Assembly: GCF_964213995.1 (NCBI RefSeq)
Contig: NW_027590469.1
Location: 1-64,000, forward strand
Direction of reading: 5' to 3'
DNA from: Mustelus asterias
Lineage: Eukaryota
DNA length: 64,000 nt
Part shown: one piece after another, positions 37,016 to 51,225 of the stretch
How positions within the stretch are numbered: the stretch's first letter is position 1
Layout: each line of letters opens with the position of its first letter
Translations under genes and position numbers: made by a program
Notes under the pieces: generated by a model
The model's input: the letters and a program-made list of their open reading frames with translations, nothing else
Databases searched by the model: none
What the model was told of the DNA's origin: nothing

Positions 37016-38505
37016 CCCACTAATCTCACCGTCACTGCTTTCTGAATTAAAGCTATCCCTGCTTCCCGGGCAGTCGAAGAGTTTAGTCCTTAATTCAGAG
37101 AGCAAATGTCTTCTCATTTTGCGCAAGATTTAAAGCAAGACCTGGAAGATTATGTCAGTGGGAACAATAATCATCCTCATTGTCATTCAATCACTCCAGC
37201 CTTACATCCTATCACAAGATCATAAATAGGGTTCTCGCCCTCTATTCTCCCTCACTCTGTATTTGCTCGTAAACTATTAAACCTCTAACTTCTTCCAGTT
37301 TGAATAAAACGTCAGCGACCCGAACCATTCATTCTGTTTCCCTCACCACAGACGCTGTTTGACCTGCTGTTTCCAATATTTTCTGTTTTGAGGTGGGGTT
37401 TGCAGTACCTTCAGTGTCTTTTTTTCTCGTTCAATGTGGATTAGTTTTCTTTGACTGAACTTGACCTGTTTACATCGTCAAAGGGCTGAGGTTTTAAATA
37501 ATAAGATACAAGGATCTGTCACCCTGTTTGACATGAAATGAAACATAAAGAGAATTAATCATTTCAAAAGATGTTACGAATTCAGGATATATTTTGTTGG
37601 GGATCCACCTACTTGTACCATTCACTCACTCATCTGTCCCAATTTAAACAAGAGGTGGGACGGCGAGAGTCCAAACTGCGAAGCGTTACGACATGGAAAT
37701 GATAGCACTCTGACCTATGACACTCGGCCTTTCTCCCAAAACACACACACACACACACTTGCTCAATAATTGCCAATCTCCAGTCGAATTGTTGTTGTGT
37801 GATACCAACTGCTCATTTCTTTCAATAGATGATTTAAAGAGCAGCGAAAGATGAAAAAAAAAACATTGCTGATGCAGGCATCTTTCGCCAGAGACTCAGC
37901 AATGTGCAAGTTGCAGTTTTTGCAGAGAATGACTCTCTTGGCGTCATTGCATCAGGCCCAGAGAACGATTGCTCAAGAATACAAAGCGCTGAGAGTCGGG
38001 GAAGCGACAGTGGGCTTTGTGTCCACCTGGAGGTGTAATTCACTCTGTTATCTGTCCCAATTTAAACAAAAGTTAGGAGGCGAGAGGCCAGAGTGTGAAC
38101 CGTCACCCATTGAATCAACAGCACTCTGATGGAAGACTTTTATCCCAAAACACACACACACCAACGCCCTCTTTCTCTCTCACACACACACACATAGACA
38201 AAGACACACAGGCGCACAGACACACACACACACACACGCACGTAAACACTTGCTCAATAATTGCCAGACTCCAGTCGAATTGTTATTGTGTGACACCAAC
38301 TGTTTCTTTTTTTCAACAGAGGAGTTAAAGAGCAGCGAAAAGATGAAAAACACTGATGTTGCAGGCACCTGGCACCAGAGGCTCAGCAATGTGCATTGTA
38401 ATAGCAGTTGAACTTGCTGACAAATTGTCCTTTCGATTCGTACTTTGTGAGAAATTTAAACAAAATGCCCTTCAGCAAACCAACCATCAGCATTTGCAAA
38501 TTAAA

Positions 38506-38569
38506 GCCGAGTTTTGAACTCGGATTGCTGGATTCAGGGTCCAGAGTGCTCACCATTACACCGCGGACC
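38506..38569 (-). pseudogene. tRNA-Gln(CTG) pseudogene
   Basis: Reverse complement GGTGTAATGGTGAGCACTCTGGACCCTGAATCCAGCAATCCGAGTTCAAAACTCGG. Confidence 0.75.
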
Positions 38570-39727
38570 GCAACACACGGCTACAGGCTGAAAATGGTCG
38601 TTCAATACCTGTGCCAATTTGAACAGTAGAGTGAAATATCAGCCCCAATGCACAATCCCATCAAAAACCCACAGCAATTCATATTTACTTTACCCTTGCT
38701 GGTTCCTCCTGAAAAAAATGAGTAAGCTATCTTCAATATGCTATCTTCAACTGCATTAAATTTCACTGTAGCTCACCACGTTCGAGGAATGTTGGCATCG
38801 AAGTGTTATAAACCTGAGTGTGGTAAAAATTCTGAACAACATCAGCTTGTCACAGCTCTGCTTTGGTCATACTGGAAGCTAGTGTGAAAATATGAACAAT
38901 TTCATATCTTAACAGACTGGAAGGAGTGGGTGACTGTGTTTAATTGGCACTGTGCACATTCCTGTAATCCGTGACTGCGAGATTCAGGAAAATTACATCC
39001 TGCTGGTCTCGTGGCTAGTGTTCGGTGCTTTCGGGGTCACAGGCTGGCTTCGATACACTAAGATTTAATGTTTTTGATAAACAAACTGTAATACTTCCTG
39101 GTCCAAAGCCGCTCTGCCAGAAACGGTGGAGTGAGGTTTGTAGTTTTGCTTCCGAGTTGGAAATGTCACATGGACAAAAGGTCAAAAAGAAACACAGATA
39201 GTGAAGGACAGATATAGGATGAAAAGCGCTGACGATGGAGATGGTGACACTCGGTAAAATCTGGTTGATAATGGGTCAGAATTAACCGTTTGCATTGACA
39301 CAAATTTCATTCATTTCTGGATAAAAATATCGGGCTAAATGATAAGAAAACTTCTCGCTGAATGAAGCACAAAACTATTTGACTTCGACTGATTGCAAGC
39401 AGTTTTCATTCAGAAAGAAGTAACTGTGGGATTAACAAAGCGGGATGGAGAAAGTCTCAGTTTGAGCGGTGAAATTGCCGGAGGAATGGAGAGCTGGAGT
39501 TCACCCATAAAAGCAGCAAAGTATAAAAATATTGGGAACCACTCAATGTTGCCCTTGTCCATCATTCCTTGTGTCAGTTAACCCATCCTGTTATGCTCTC
39601 TATCACAGACCTTCCCTTTTAATCTCTTTATTGAGTGACTCCCATTTTAAATGCCACAAGACCTCAATCAATGTTTCGCGAAAAGCAAGAATAAATCTGA
39701 ATCATTTGAAATTAACCCATTTCGAAA

Positions 39728-39801
39728 TGTTTTTGCTCGGTCTTGACCCGGGGATCTGTGCACATGTGAGGCAAACATGGTAACGACTGCACTACAGAAA
39801 C
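39728..39801 (-). pseudogene. tRNA-Val(CAC) pseudogene
   Basis: Reverse complement GTTTCTGTAGTGCAGTCGTTACCATGTTTGCCTCACATG... Confidence 0.65.
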
Positions 39802-40394
39802 TTTGCGATGCATGATTTGAAGCAGATCCGGTTTACTTGTGGAGCAACTAAACTCGTTCCACAAGCCCGTCAGTAGCTCACTTTATATTCTCTCTGCTGG
39901 TTTCTCTAATCAAAATGAATGGTGACACATTCTACTGCATTCAATTTTAATAATCACATGTTTGATCAAAGTTCGTAACGTTTAAAGTAATTTCAATAAA
40001 AATCTGACATTGGGAGAATTTGATCACACTCCTCCACAAATGTCGCTATCCTAAATTTAATGCCTTAAACTTCCGATCAACGACACCAACAGAAGTCATT
40101 GCTGTCGGAACTAGTATTGGCAGTGAACAGAATCATTGGAGATGGATTAGATCACATGTCCCATTGAGTCTCCTCCGCCATTAAAATCAACCCCAGCTCA
40201 ACAACCGCCTCATTTCAGGAGTCAATTCAATTAAACTTGATTCCACCCAGACAGGGAGAGAATAGGAGGAACAAAAACAAAAGAGGGAAATGAATAGTTA
40301 GACTGAGAGAGGGAAGGACTGAGGCAGATCTATCGACAGAAAGAAAGAAAAAGCCAGAGTGGGTAGATACCGAATGGAACAGGTACACTTCACT

Positions 40395-42100
40395 ATTGAA
40401 GTGGTGAGATTCTTTCCACTTAGAAAGGAAACCAGAACTAGAGGGCACAGCCTCAAAATAAAGGGGGTTCAGTTTCGGATAGAGTTGGGGAGGAACTTCT
40501 TCTCTCAGAGGGTGGTGAATCTCTGGAATTCTCTGCCCACTGAAGTGGTGGGGGTACCTCGTTGAATATTTTTACGTTACGGATAGATGGATTTCTGATC
40601 GGTAAGGGAATTAAGGGTTATGGGGAGCAGGCGGGTAAGTGGAACTGATTCACTTCAGATCAGCCATGATCTTATTGAATGGCGGGGCAGGCTCGAGGCG
40701 CTAGATGGCCTACTCCTGCTCCTATTTCTTATGTTCTGATGTATATGGCTCCCTCATGCCAAAAATAAACTATTTTTCCGAAACGATATAGATGAGAAGG
40801 TGGGCGGATGATAAGTAAGTTTAAGAGTGACAGAAAAAAATGCTGGTGTGGCTATTAGCGAACATTTTCTAGATTGCAGGAAGATAGAGATGACAGATTC
40901 TGTTGGGGAGATATCAAATTGTAAAATGGATTGATGAGATAAATGTAGAGCAATTGCTTTCTCTTCTGCGGCAATCCAGAAAAAGAGGTCACATATATAG
41001 GTTGAGAGGTTGTCGATTAAAATCTGAGCTCAGGAGGAACTACCTCTCGCAAACGGTGATGGATTTGTGGAACTCGTTGTCCCACAGCACGGTGGAGTCT
41101 GAATCGTTGAATGGTTTCGAGAGTGAGACAGATACATTTCCAGTATCAAAAGAGAAAGAGGGATATTGGGAGCATTTGGGATGATGCATTTGAGACCAAG
41201 AATCGATCAACAATGATCTGATTGCATGGGGGAGCATGATAGCAGGGCTGAATTTACCGACATTTGCGCATAATTCCTATGTTCCTATCTTTCTGTGAGT
41301 TGCTCAGATGCGGCCGATCAGGGGCATAGCCCTGTGAAGTGTTGAATGACACACTTAGGAAGGAGGAAAATGACAAGGGAGAATGCAATGGATGGAAGGA
41401 CAAAATGAAGTTCAGAGGAGCAGAATTATCTTAGGATGTTTGTCCACTGATCCTTGAAAGCGGCAGAACAGAGTAATATGATAGTTAAGAAGGCATACAG
41501 AACTTCACTATCCCTCGTGGTATAGATTACTTGAGCAGGGAGTTTATGTTGGAACTGTATGAAACTTTGGATAGGCAAAAGCTGGAAGTACTGGATGCAG
41601 TTCTTGTCGCCCAATTATAGGAAGCATGTGATTTCATTGGCGAGGCTGAAGAGAATATTCACAAGGATGGCGCCTGAGATGAATAATTTTAGATATGGAG
41701 AGATGCTGGATAGGATTAATATATTTAGAACAGAGGAGAAAGGAAGGGTACCTGATTGGATTGGATAAGGTTAAGAGGTTTACGGACAGGATGGGGAGGA
41801 CATCGTTGAAGGATGAGTAGCAAAGGGGCATAATTTTCAGGTGAGGAGCAGGAGGTTTAGAGGGCTTTTAAGGAAACATTTTTCACAGAGAGAGTTAGAA
41901 GTCTGGACTGCACTGCCTGGGAGGATTGTAGAGGTGGGAATCCAACAAAGTTTTTTTTGATGAGCACATGAAATGCCACAGCATTCAAGACTATGGGCCA
42001 AATGCTGTAAAGGGGGATTAGTTTACATTTAGTGTATTTTTGTTGGTGCGGAATCGATGTGCCGAAGGGTCTCTTCTGCACTGCATGATATTATGACTCT
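40395..42100 (+). mobile_element. Three consecutive CR1 3' fragments
   Basis: FFPL...TRGHSLKI...RNFFSQRVVNLWNSLP motifs repeated. Confidence 0.85.
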
Positions 42101-42633
42101 ACGTTATGGAGCCTGCGGTCATAGTTATAGAAGGATCGACTAGTTTGAGGTTCCTTTGATTTTCATGTCATTTGTACAAGTTTCATGTCGATAGGCCTCC
42201 TTTTGTTTTTATACCGCTATTCAATTCCAGAACATTGATATAGATGGAATTGTTACTGTCCTAATTAGGATATAGGTGAGCAATAAAAATCGTTATTGTT
42301 TAATTGAAGGTCCATTTAAGCGGTAAGCCATCAGGTCACCTTTGTTAAAAGATATACATTTTAATTTAAAATCGCACATTTGTAATTGTGTTCAATCTAT
42401 GATATTAACAACGAAGCTAAAAACAGACCATATCAAAGTGCTTGCTCATAGGCTACAATCCGCCATTGTAATTGTTTAATTAACGGTGTTTGTTCAGTGA
42501 GTGCAAGCAACATTATTGGTAATATAACCTAATTGTGTCTACGGGGGATAACATGAGGTATAATAGAATGTTCTTTGAAAGTCGAGCAGAGCACAAATCA
42601 TTCTCAGAAAGACATCGCCGCCCCTCACAGAAG

Positions 42634-42703
42634 ATGCATGCTCCACCTACTGGACTACCATATGCTATTTACTACACTACACTTGCTGTCATTGCAGTCC
42701 CAG
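42634..42703 (+). CDS. GPR139-like GPCR exon 1 (MHAPPTGLPYAIYYTTLAVIAVP-g)
   Basis: ATG at 42634; phase-1 donor GTAATG at 42704; supplies the first half of TM1. Confidence 0.8.
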
Positions 42704-44481
42704 GTAATGCTTCAAAATAAGTTATTCGTTGTCTAATTGAATGCGTCTCAAGGATACCATGAAACAAAAGGGTTGAAGTTATCCGACGTTTGAATACCAG
42801 GAGCAATATACTCATTTTCTTCCATGTCACCTCACGAAGGATAGACTTTTCATTCAAAAATGGTGCAATGTCGATTTGCTATAACGATACCAAGTCTTCG
42901 AGAGTGAATTCTCAGGAACGGTTTCATAAATCTCATATGTTGTACATTCCGTATATAAGATTAAATAACTAGTTAGCCGCTTTGATTAAAATTAGTAAAG
43001 GGGTTCAAAGATCTGTGGGCAACAAACATATTTTTCTGGTCGGGATGCGCAAGGCAAGGGGCAGAAGTGGTGAAATAACTCAGGATATGGTTTTCTAAAT
43101 CCTCGACGAACCAGATTTGACTTAATAAAGCAGTGATCAAAGTACTGGACATGGGAATATCTATCGGTGTAGAATTTGCTTTGACAAAGAAGTTTGACAA
43201 AGGGCCTTCTGAACTCGAAACGTCAGCTTTTTTCTCTCCGACAGATGCTGCCAGACCTGCTGAAATTTTCCAGCATTTTCTCTTTCTGATTTCAGATTCC
43301 AGCATCCGCAGTAATGTGCTTTTAATATCTATCGGTGTCATTTGTAACAGAGTTCACAAAACATTTGATTAGAGACTCCACAGGGCCACGTTACTTCACG
43401 GTGAAGATACTGGAATAGAAATAAACGCATATAAATATATGGGACTAAATATCAATGTCAAAAGAGTTCTGGACTTACTGGATGTGGAGAGGCTGTTTCC
43501 ACCAGTGAAAATATCGTACACTAAAGGGAACAGTATGAAAGTAACTCGTGAAATCAGCAAAATTCATTTAAGGACATGGGTTGTACGCTGCGAGTGGCGA
43601 GTGTTTGTGATACACTGCATGAGATTGTGGTTGAGAGAGATCCTTTTGAACAATTCAGAAACTAACTGCATATTTATCTGGATGGATGAACGTGGAATGT
43701 TAGGAGGATAGGACGGTGGATGACCTTCGGTGAGACGTGCATTCAGAGAAACGATGCAATCACAATTGCTCAAATGGCACCGTGCTGATCTGTAATAATT
43801 GTCCCATTCTGTGAAATTGGCTAAGCTACATAACAGAATGCAAAGATAAGAGAAACCATTCGAACTCACAGGATATGACTGGTCGTTTCTTGCTAGGATT
43901 CTGTTGGCACTTCAATGATTAATCCGAACTATAATTGGCTGAGAAGATGCGATGTAAAAGGTCACACATCAAAATGTCCCGATAAACTTAAGTTACATCC
44001 TAATCAGTGTAGATGGAAAAATAAAATTCGAAAGATTATTGAACAGTTAAATTAAGTGGGCTAAACTGTGAAAAATGCTCATCATGGTAGACAGGTATGA
44101 TATCATCCATGTTGTGCCGATTTACGATATAATAAATGTTTCTCTATGTTTTAATTCCAATTATTGCTATATCATCTGTGCTTTCTGTTCAAGTTTCTAA
44201 TCTTTCAGTGCATGGAATATTCGAATTGTCGCAGCATAGACGTTTGCTCGGCAAGATCAGTTCAGTTTCTCCAGTTTCCCCCTTCGTTTCCCTGTCACCA
44301 CACACGTTTCCTATTCAGATGATAAGTCAATGCCCTCTTGAATGTCGCTACGAATACTATCACAACCTCATTCTCATGCAGCAAATTTGCATGCGCCAAA
44401 AGTTTGTCCTGACGTCACTTTTTCTTCCCTTATATATAACATTAAATCAATCCCCTCTTCGGTTTAATCCTTCCTCTGAGG

Positions 44482-47230
44482 TTTTGATTTGATTTGATTT
44501 ATTATTGTCCCCTGTACTAACATACAGTGAAAAGTATTGCTTCTTGCGTGCTATACAGACAAAACATATCGTTCATAGAGAAGGAAACGAGAGAGTACAA
44601 AATGTAGTGTTGCAGTCATGGCTATGGTGTAGACAAATATCAACTTCATGCAAGGTAAGTCCATTCAACAATCTGAGAGCAGCAGGGAAGAAGCTGTTTT
44701 TGAGTCGGTTGGTACGTGACCTCACACTTTTGTATCTATCTCCTGAAGGAAGAAGGTGGAAGAGAAAATGTCCGAGGTGCATGGGGTCCTTAATTATGCT
44801 GGTTGCCTTGCCGGGGCAGTGGGAAGTGTAGACAGAGTCAATGGATGGGAGGCTGGTTTGCGTGATGGATTGGGCTACATTTACAAACTTTTGCAGTTCC
44901 TTGCAATCTTGGGGAGAGCAGGAGCCATACCAAGCTGTGATACAACCAGAAATAATGCTTTCTATGGTGCATCTGCAAAAATTGGTGAGAGTCATAGCTG
45001 ACATGCCATATTTCATTCGTCTTCTGAGAAATTTGGTGGGCTTTCTCAACTCCAGTTCCGTCCATTGGGGGGCGGGGGGGGGGCGGTTAACAGGACAGAT
45101 TGTTTGTGATCTGGAGAACTAAAAACTTGAAGCTCTCGACCCTTTCTACTTCGGCACCATTGATGTAGACAGGGGCATGTTCTCCTTTACGATTCCTGAT
45201 GTTGATGGCAATCTCCTTCGTTTTGTTGACAGTGAGAGAGAGATTATTTTTGCCGCACCAGTTCACCAGATTCCTGTACTCGTCATTGTTTGAGATCCGA
45301 CCCACTAGGTGGTGTTATCAGCAAAATTGAAAATCGACATGGAGCGGAATTTGGCCACACAGTCATAGGTGTATAAGGATTATAGTAGGGGGCTGTGAAC
45401 ACAGTCTTGTGGGGCACGGGGGTTGAGGATTATCGTGGAGGAGGTGTTGTTGAATTAACTTACTGATTGTGGACTATGAGTGAGGAAGTTCAGGATCCAG
45501 TCGCAGAGGGAGGTGCCGAGGCACAGGCCACGGAGTTTGGAGATGAGTTTCGTGGGAATCATAGTGTTGAAGGCTGAGCTGTAGTCAATAAATAGGAATC
45601 TGGCATAGGTGTCCTTATTATCTAGGTGTTCTAAGGTTGAGTGCAGGGCCAGGGAAACGGCGTCTGCTGTGGATCTGTTGCGGTGGTAGTCAAATTGTGG
45701 TAGATCCAGGTCGTGCGGGAGGCTGGAATTGATTCATGCCATGACTAACCTTTCGAAGAACTTCATGATGATATTTGTCAGAGCCACTGGCTGATAGTCA
45801 TTAAAGCACGCTGCTTGGTTTTTCTTCGGTACCGGGATGATGGTCGTCTTATTGAAGTAGATAGGGATCTCAGATTGTTGTAAAGAGAGGTTGAAGATGT
45901 CTGTGAATACGCCCGCCAGCTGATCCTCGCAGGTTCTGAATGCTCGTCCGGGTACCCCATCTGGGCCAGTCCCTTTCAGTGGGTTAACCTTCAAGAAAGC
46001 TGCTCTGACATCTGCAATGGTGACCCCAGATATAGGTTCATCCTGTGCTTCCAGGGTAGAGGCCATGTGCTGGCTGACCTCTTGCTCAAAACCGGCATAG
46101 GATGTATTGAGATCATCAGGGAGAGGTGCGTTGGAGCCGGCGATTGAACATGCCTTCATCTTGTAGCCTGTTATGTCTTGCAGACAAGCGGGGCTCCGTG
46201 TGGCTAGCCTAGGACTCTAGCTTGGTCCGGTACTGTCTTTTGGCATCTTTGATGGATCTCTTTAGATCGTATCTGGCTTTCTTGTATAGGTCAGTGTCGC
46301 TTGACTTGAATGCCTCAGACCTGGACTTCAGCAAGCAGTGGATATCCCTGTTAATCCATTGTTTCCGGTTGGAAACACACGATTTGCTTCGTTGGCACAT
46401 TGCCTTCTACACACTTATTAATGATGTCAGTTCCTGTCGTGGCGTACTCTTTCAGGCTGGTTACAGAGTTTTTAAATACTAACCTCAGACTAACATTGCA
46501 CGACTTTCTTTGATGGATTCTCCCGCTTCAGTTCTTGCTAGTAAGCCGAAGCAAGAGTACTGTCCTGTGGTTTGATTGGCAAAAGTCTGGGCAACGATAG
46601 AGCATGTTTGATATTTGTGCAGCAGTGGTTTAGGATGTTTGGGCCTGTGTTGGAATAGGAAACGTGTTGGTGGTATCTTGGTAGTATGCTCTTGAGTTTG
46701 GCCTGATTGAAGTCCACAGCAACGATGAACAAAGCCTCGTCTCAAGGCTAATCGTAGTGATGTATATTTCGTCTGGCGTAATCTTCACGTGTGCATTGGG
46801 TGGAAGGTGAACTACCATCAGGATAACGGCGGTGAACTCCCGCGGAAGGGAGTAGGGGTGGCATTTTAGCATGAGATATTCCAGGTCTGGGGAGCAGAAA
46901 GTTGCTGTGTCGCTACGCCTAGGCACCACAAGGTGTTGATAAAGAAGCAGGCCCACCACCCCTAGCCATGGCTAAGGCCGCTGTACGGTCTATTCGATGG
47001 ATTGAGAAGCCCACTGGTTTTAGGGCACTGTCCGGTGAAGCAAGAGTCTCTGTGAAACAGAGTACACAGCAATCCCTCAGTTCCCTTTGGAAAGTGAGTC
47101 TCGTTCTAAGTTCGTCTAGCTTGTTTTCCAGAGACTGGAGATTTGTAAGGAATAAGCTGGGGGTGGGGGCCTTGGGGCCGCGTTGTTTCACTCTCACTTA
47201 CACTTTTTCCACGCTTCCTGGAGTGTCTGC
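44482..47230 (-). mobile_element. Near full-length degenerate Rex1/Babar-type LINE in the GPCR intron
   Basis: Endonuclease PSLFLTNLQSLENKLDEL...CFTET; RT GPDGVPGR...FTDIFNLSL...IIPVPKK; 3' RLKNSFFPAALRLLN; (TTTGA)n tail on the + strand. Confidence 0.88.
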
Positions 47231-47834
47231 CTTTTTCGAGCCTGGGAGACGGTGAGAATGTTTTGCGGTTTTAAGGGTATGGTTTTGTCCAATGAGGTTC
47301 TTCACTCTGGTCGGTGTGCGGATGGAGGATTTGTTGCCTTGCTTGCCGTTCCTGTGTCGTGAGCAGTTTTCTCCCGATCGTCTCTCCGAAGAACCCGAAT
47401 GAATTTTTGACATTTGACAAATATTTCGACACGTTTCTCCAATCAACCCTCGTAAGCGAATTACTCCATTCATGGAAACATCAACACCAATATTTTCCAT
47501 ACCCGTTGAAATGTCATCAGACTCCACTAATTGGTTGATTTCGGAAATAGAAACTTTATTAATTCATTACCGTGCACGGTAAAATGTAATGGTAATTGAG
47601 AAGTCAATGCTTGATAAACAGATAATCCATTTTGATGATTAAGAATATACTTCTTCCATCCGTGATGTCTGCCTCCATCTAACGTCCATCTTCATATTAT
47701 TAAATCAGCTGTTGTTTCTTCAGACCCAGAAAATCGCTTCAGATGCAGAAAATAAGAGTCCATGCATTTTGGTCAATGTGATGATATTATTGTGGTTTTT
47801 GCATGTAAGTTAATTCTCCTTCTGTTTAATGCAG

Positions 47835-48745
47835 CTAATTTAGTGGCGATTGTGATCCTGTCAAGAGGAAAGTGTGGTCTTTCGAGATGTATCACTCGAT
47901 ACCTTATCTCCATGAATGTGACAGATCTACTGGTCATTATCACCGCTGTGATATTAAATCGTATCAGTGCCATTTATTTTCCAGGCAGCTTCTTGTCCAT
48001 CACCCCGCTGTGTAGTGTGAGCACAGTCGTAACTTACGCAGCCAGAGTGAGTGCTGTCTGGTTAACAGTCACGTTTACCTTTGATCGCTTTGTGGCAATA
48101 TGCTGCCAGAAATTGAAAATAAAATACTGCACCGAGAAAACTGCGGCTGTTGTGATAGGAACAGTCTGTGCCCTGGGCTTTTTAACCAATATCCCCTGGT
48201 ACTTTATTCACGAGCCTATTTACATGGTTGACAATGTGCCCTGGTATTGCAAACTGAAGGATATCCGGTATACTTCACTGCTATGGACAGCATATGACTG
48301 GTTTGATTGTATATTGACCCCGTGTGCTCCGTTCCTTCTAATTCTCCTGTTCAACGCTCTGACAGTCAGACATATTCTAGCAGCCAGTAGAGCCAGGAGG
48401 AGACTTCGTACAGACAATGACGGAAAGAATCAGACTGACCCTGAGATGGAGAGCCGGAGAAAGTCCATCATTTTACTCTTCACAATCTCTGGCAGTTTCA
48501 TCCTGTTGTGGATGACATATGTTATACAGTTCTTGAATGTGCGAATCACAAACGATTATAACATTAAAAGCTTCAGTGATCCCAAATTCATTCTCCAGGA
48601 ATCTGGGAACATGCTGCAGCTTCTTAGTTCCTGCACCAACACCTTTATTTACGCAGCCATCCAGAAGAAATTCAGAGAAGAATTGAAAAATGCTCTCCAA
48701 TGTCCACTGAACCGAATTAGTAAACTAACTATTCCGAGAAAATAA
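47835..48745 (+). CDS. GPR139-like class A GPCR exon 2 (spliced protein about 326 aa, intact)
   Basis: Acceptor TGCAG at 47834; ANLVAIVIL, DLL, WLTVTFTFDRFVAIC, NIPW, FILLW, NTFIY; seven hydrophobic segments; AATAAA at 48817. Confidence 0.92.
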
Positions 48746-48914
48746 TGCAGTCCAATAGTTATAATTCTTTACTAAAATTAGTCAATTGTTTCACCCCTTA
48801 ACAGCACAGGCTTGAAAATAAAAATGGATACTCTCCAATTCATGTCAATGTCTGAGAATTATTATCTCTAATGTAATCACAACCTTTCAAAGTTCATCAG
48901 GTGATCGCAAGTTT

Positions 48915-49135
48915 CTTGATGTGGAGATGTTGTCGTTGGACTGGGGTGGGCACAGTAAGAACTCTCACAACAACAGCTTAAAGTCCAACAGATCTTTTGT
49001 TTGCACGAGGTTTCGGAGCTCTGATCCTTCAACAGGTGAGAGGCTGATGAAGGAGCAGTGCTCCGAAAGCTCGTGCTACCAAATAATCATGTTCTACGTT
49101 AACCTGGTGTTGTGAGAATTCTTACTGTGCCCACA
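48915..49135. mobile_element. Palindromic Penelope-like short repeat (related copies near 10690 and 33235)
   Basis: GTGGGCACAGTAAGAACTCTCACAAC...GTTGTGAGAATTCTTACTGTGCCCAC inverted arms. Confidence 0.55.
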
Positions 49136-50504
49136 AGTTTCTTTTTTATAACATAGATATAAGGACCCCAAGTCTCTAACAAGTGTCCTTCTTGTATTAA
49201 TGAGGCTAGCCTTCCACGTTGAAGACTATTCGTCCTTTACTTTAGTTCCAACTATCCCAATTTTCTGATGGGTCTCTTCCTTGTACCCATGTTACAAACA
49301 TCCCAATATAATGACAGCTGTCCTTAATGTGACCATGAATTAAGTAGTATCATTTGCTGGCAGATCAGTTTCAATTTTACCGTCACTGTCCAGGAATTTC
49401 AGCTTTGAGTTCTCCCGCTAATAACATTATAGCGTCAACTCCACTTCTGTTCTACTTCATCAATCAAGTGTCCTGCGACCATGCAAAGTTTGTGGTTATC
49501 TTTCTTTCCACGAGCGACCTCGTAACTCTTACTGAATGTCGATTGCTTGTGATTACTGTGATACTCGGTTGTCTATGTCACAATTGGTCCCTGGGATGAG
49601 AGTTTTCTCCTGGGATTGGAGGCTGTGTAAATTGGGCTGAAATTCCCTGGAGTTAATAAAAATGAGAGGCGATCTCACTGAAACCAGCAGTATTCTCAGG
49701 TATTGTTTCCACTGGTCGGGAAATCTAAAAGACTGGGGTCCAATCTCAGGATGAGGACCCCCTCGGAGGACTGACACACAACCACATTCAGCCAGCGTTC
49801 TTATTTGATTGGATTTCTTAACATTAACAGCATATTTGAAATAAACATATTATTGCATGTAATATGTATGAATGAATATTCATTAGCTAAATAATGTTGG
49901 TAAGACCAGATATCAGTCGAGCCGGTAACACTTGAGAAACATTTTTATTGTTGCCCAAGGACCCAAGCGAAACTGTGCGACAATCAACGGTAATTGTTTT
50001 TAAAAAGTGAAACGCCTTGTGTGGATGGTTTTGAACGACCACTTTTTCGGTGAACAGCCAAACGCACTGACAAATTAGGCCACAGAGAATAACATAACTC
50101 GAACCCACCCTATATCAGCGTATCAGCGGGTGCTGTTTATATCCAACGCCTATTCTCTTCTCGTAAAACATAATCCAGAACTCCCGCATGACCACACAAA
50201 ATCTAAATAAGCTCCTTTGCCTATTGCACCACCACAATTTTGCTGTGGTGTCGTGGTTATTCCCCTTCTCCTAATATGGAAAAAAAGACCATTTGATCGG
50301 GCAGATAGGGACAAACTCTTTCCACTGACTGAAGTCAATAACCGAAGATTGGGATTGAAGATCGTTAAAGAAAGACTGACTTCCATTTACATAGCGCTTT
50401 TCCCAATCATTGTACGTCACAACGCGCTTTCCAGGCAACGAAAGGAACGAAAACGTGGGAAAAAAGTGGCAATAAATGAATGAATGGGTCATGCGGATTT
50501 GAAA

Positions 50505-51225
50505 CATAGAACATCGAACATTACAGCGCAGTACAGGCCCTTCGGCCCTCGATGTTGCGCCGACCAGTGGTACCAATCTAAAGCCCCTCTAATCTACACT
50601 ATTCCAATATCATCCATATGTTTATCCAATAACCACTTGAACGCTCTCAAAGTTGACGAGTCCACCACTGCTGCAGGCAGGGCATTCCACGCCCTTACTA
50701 CTGTCTGAGTAAAGAACCTACCTCTAACATCTGTCCTATATCTCTCACCCCTCAATTTAAAGCTATGTCCCCTCGTGCTAGCGAACACCATCCGAGGAAA
50801 AAGGCTCTCACTATCCACCCTATCTAATCCTTTGATCATCTTGTATGCCTCTATTAAGTCACCTCTTAACCTTCTTCTCTCTAACGAAAACAACCTCAAG
50901 CCCCTCAGCCTTTCCGCATACGATCTTCCCACCATACCAGGCAACATCCTGGTAAATCTCTTCTGCACCCTTTCCAACACTTCCACATCTTTCCTATAAT
51001 ACGGCGATCAGAACTGTATGCAATACTCCAAAAGCGGCCGCACCAAAGTTTTGTACAGTTGCAGCATGCGCTCCTGGCTCCGAAACTCAATTCCTCTACC
51101 AATAAAAGCTAACACACCGTACGCCTTCTTAACAACCCTATCAACCTGGGTGCCAACTTTCAGGGATCTATGCACGTGGACACCCAGCTCCCTCTGTTCA
51201 TCCACACTACCAAGTATGTTACCAT
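50505..51225 (-). mobile_element. CR1 LINE 3' end
   Basis: LYKTLVRPLLEYCIQF; LERVQKRFTRMLPG...WNALP. Confidence 0.92.

Noticed and set aside
47762-47834. ORF-track N-terminus of the GPCR (MHFGQC...)
   Set aside because: Intronic; a splice acceptor at 47834 joins in phase to exon 1 at 42634-42703
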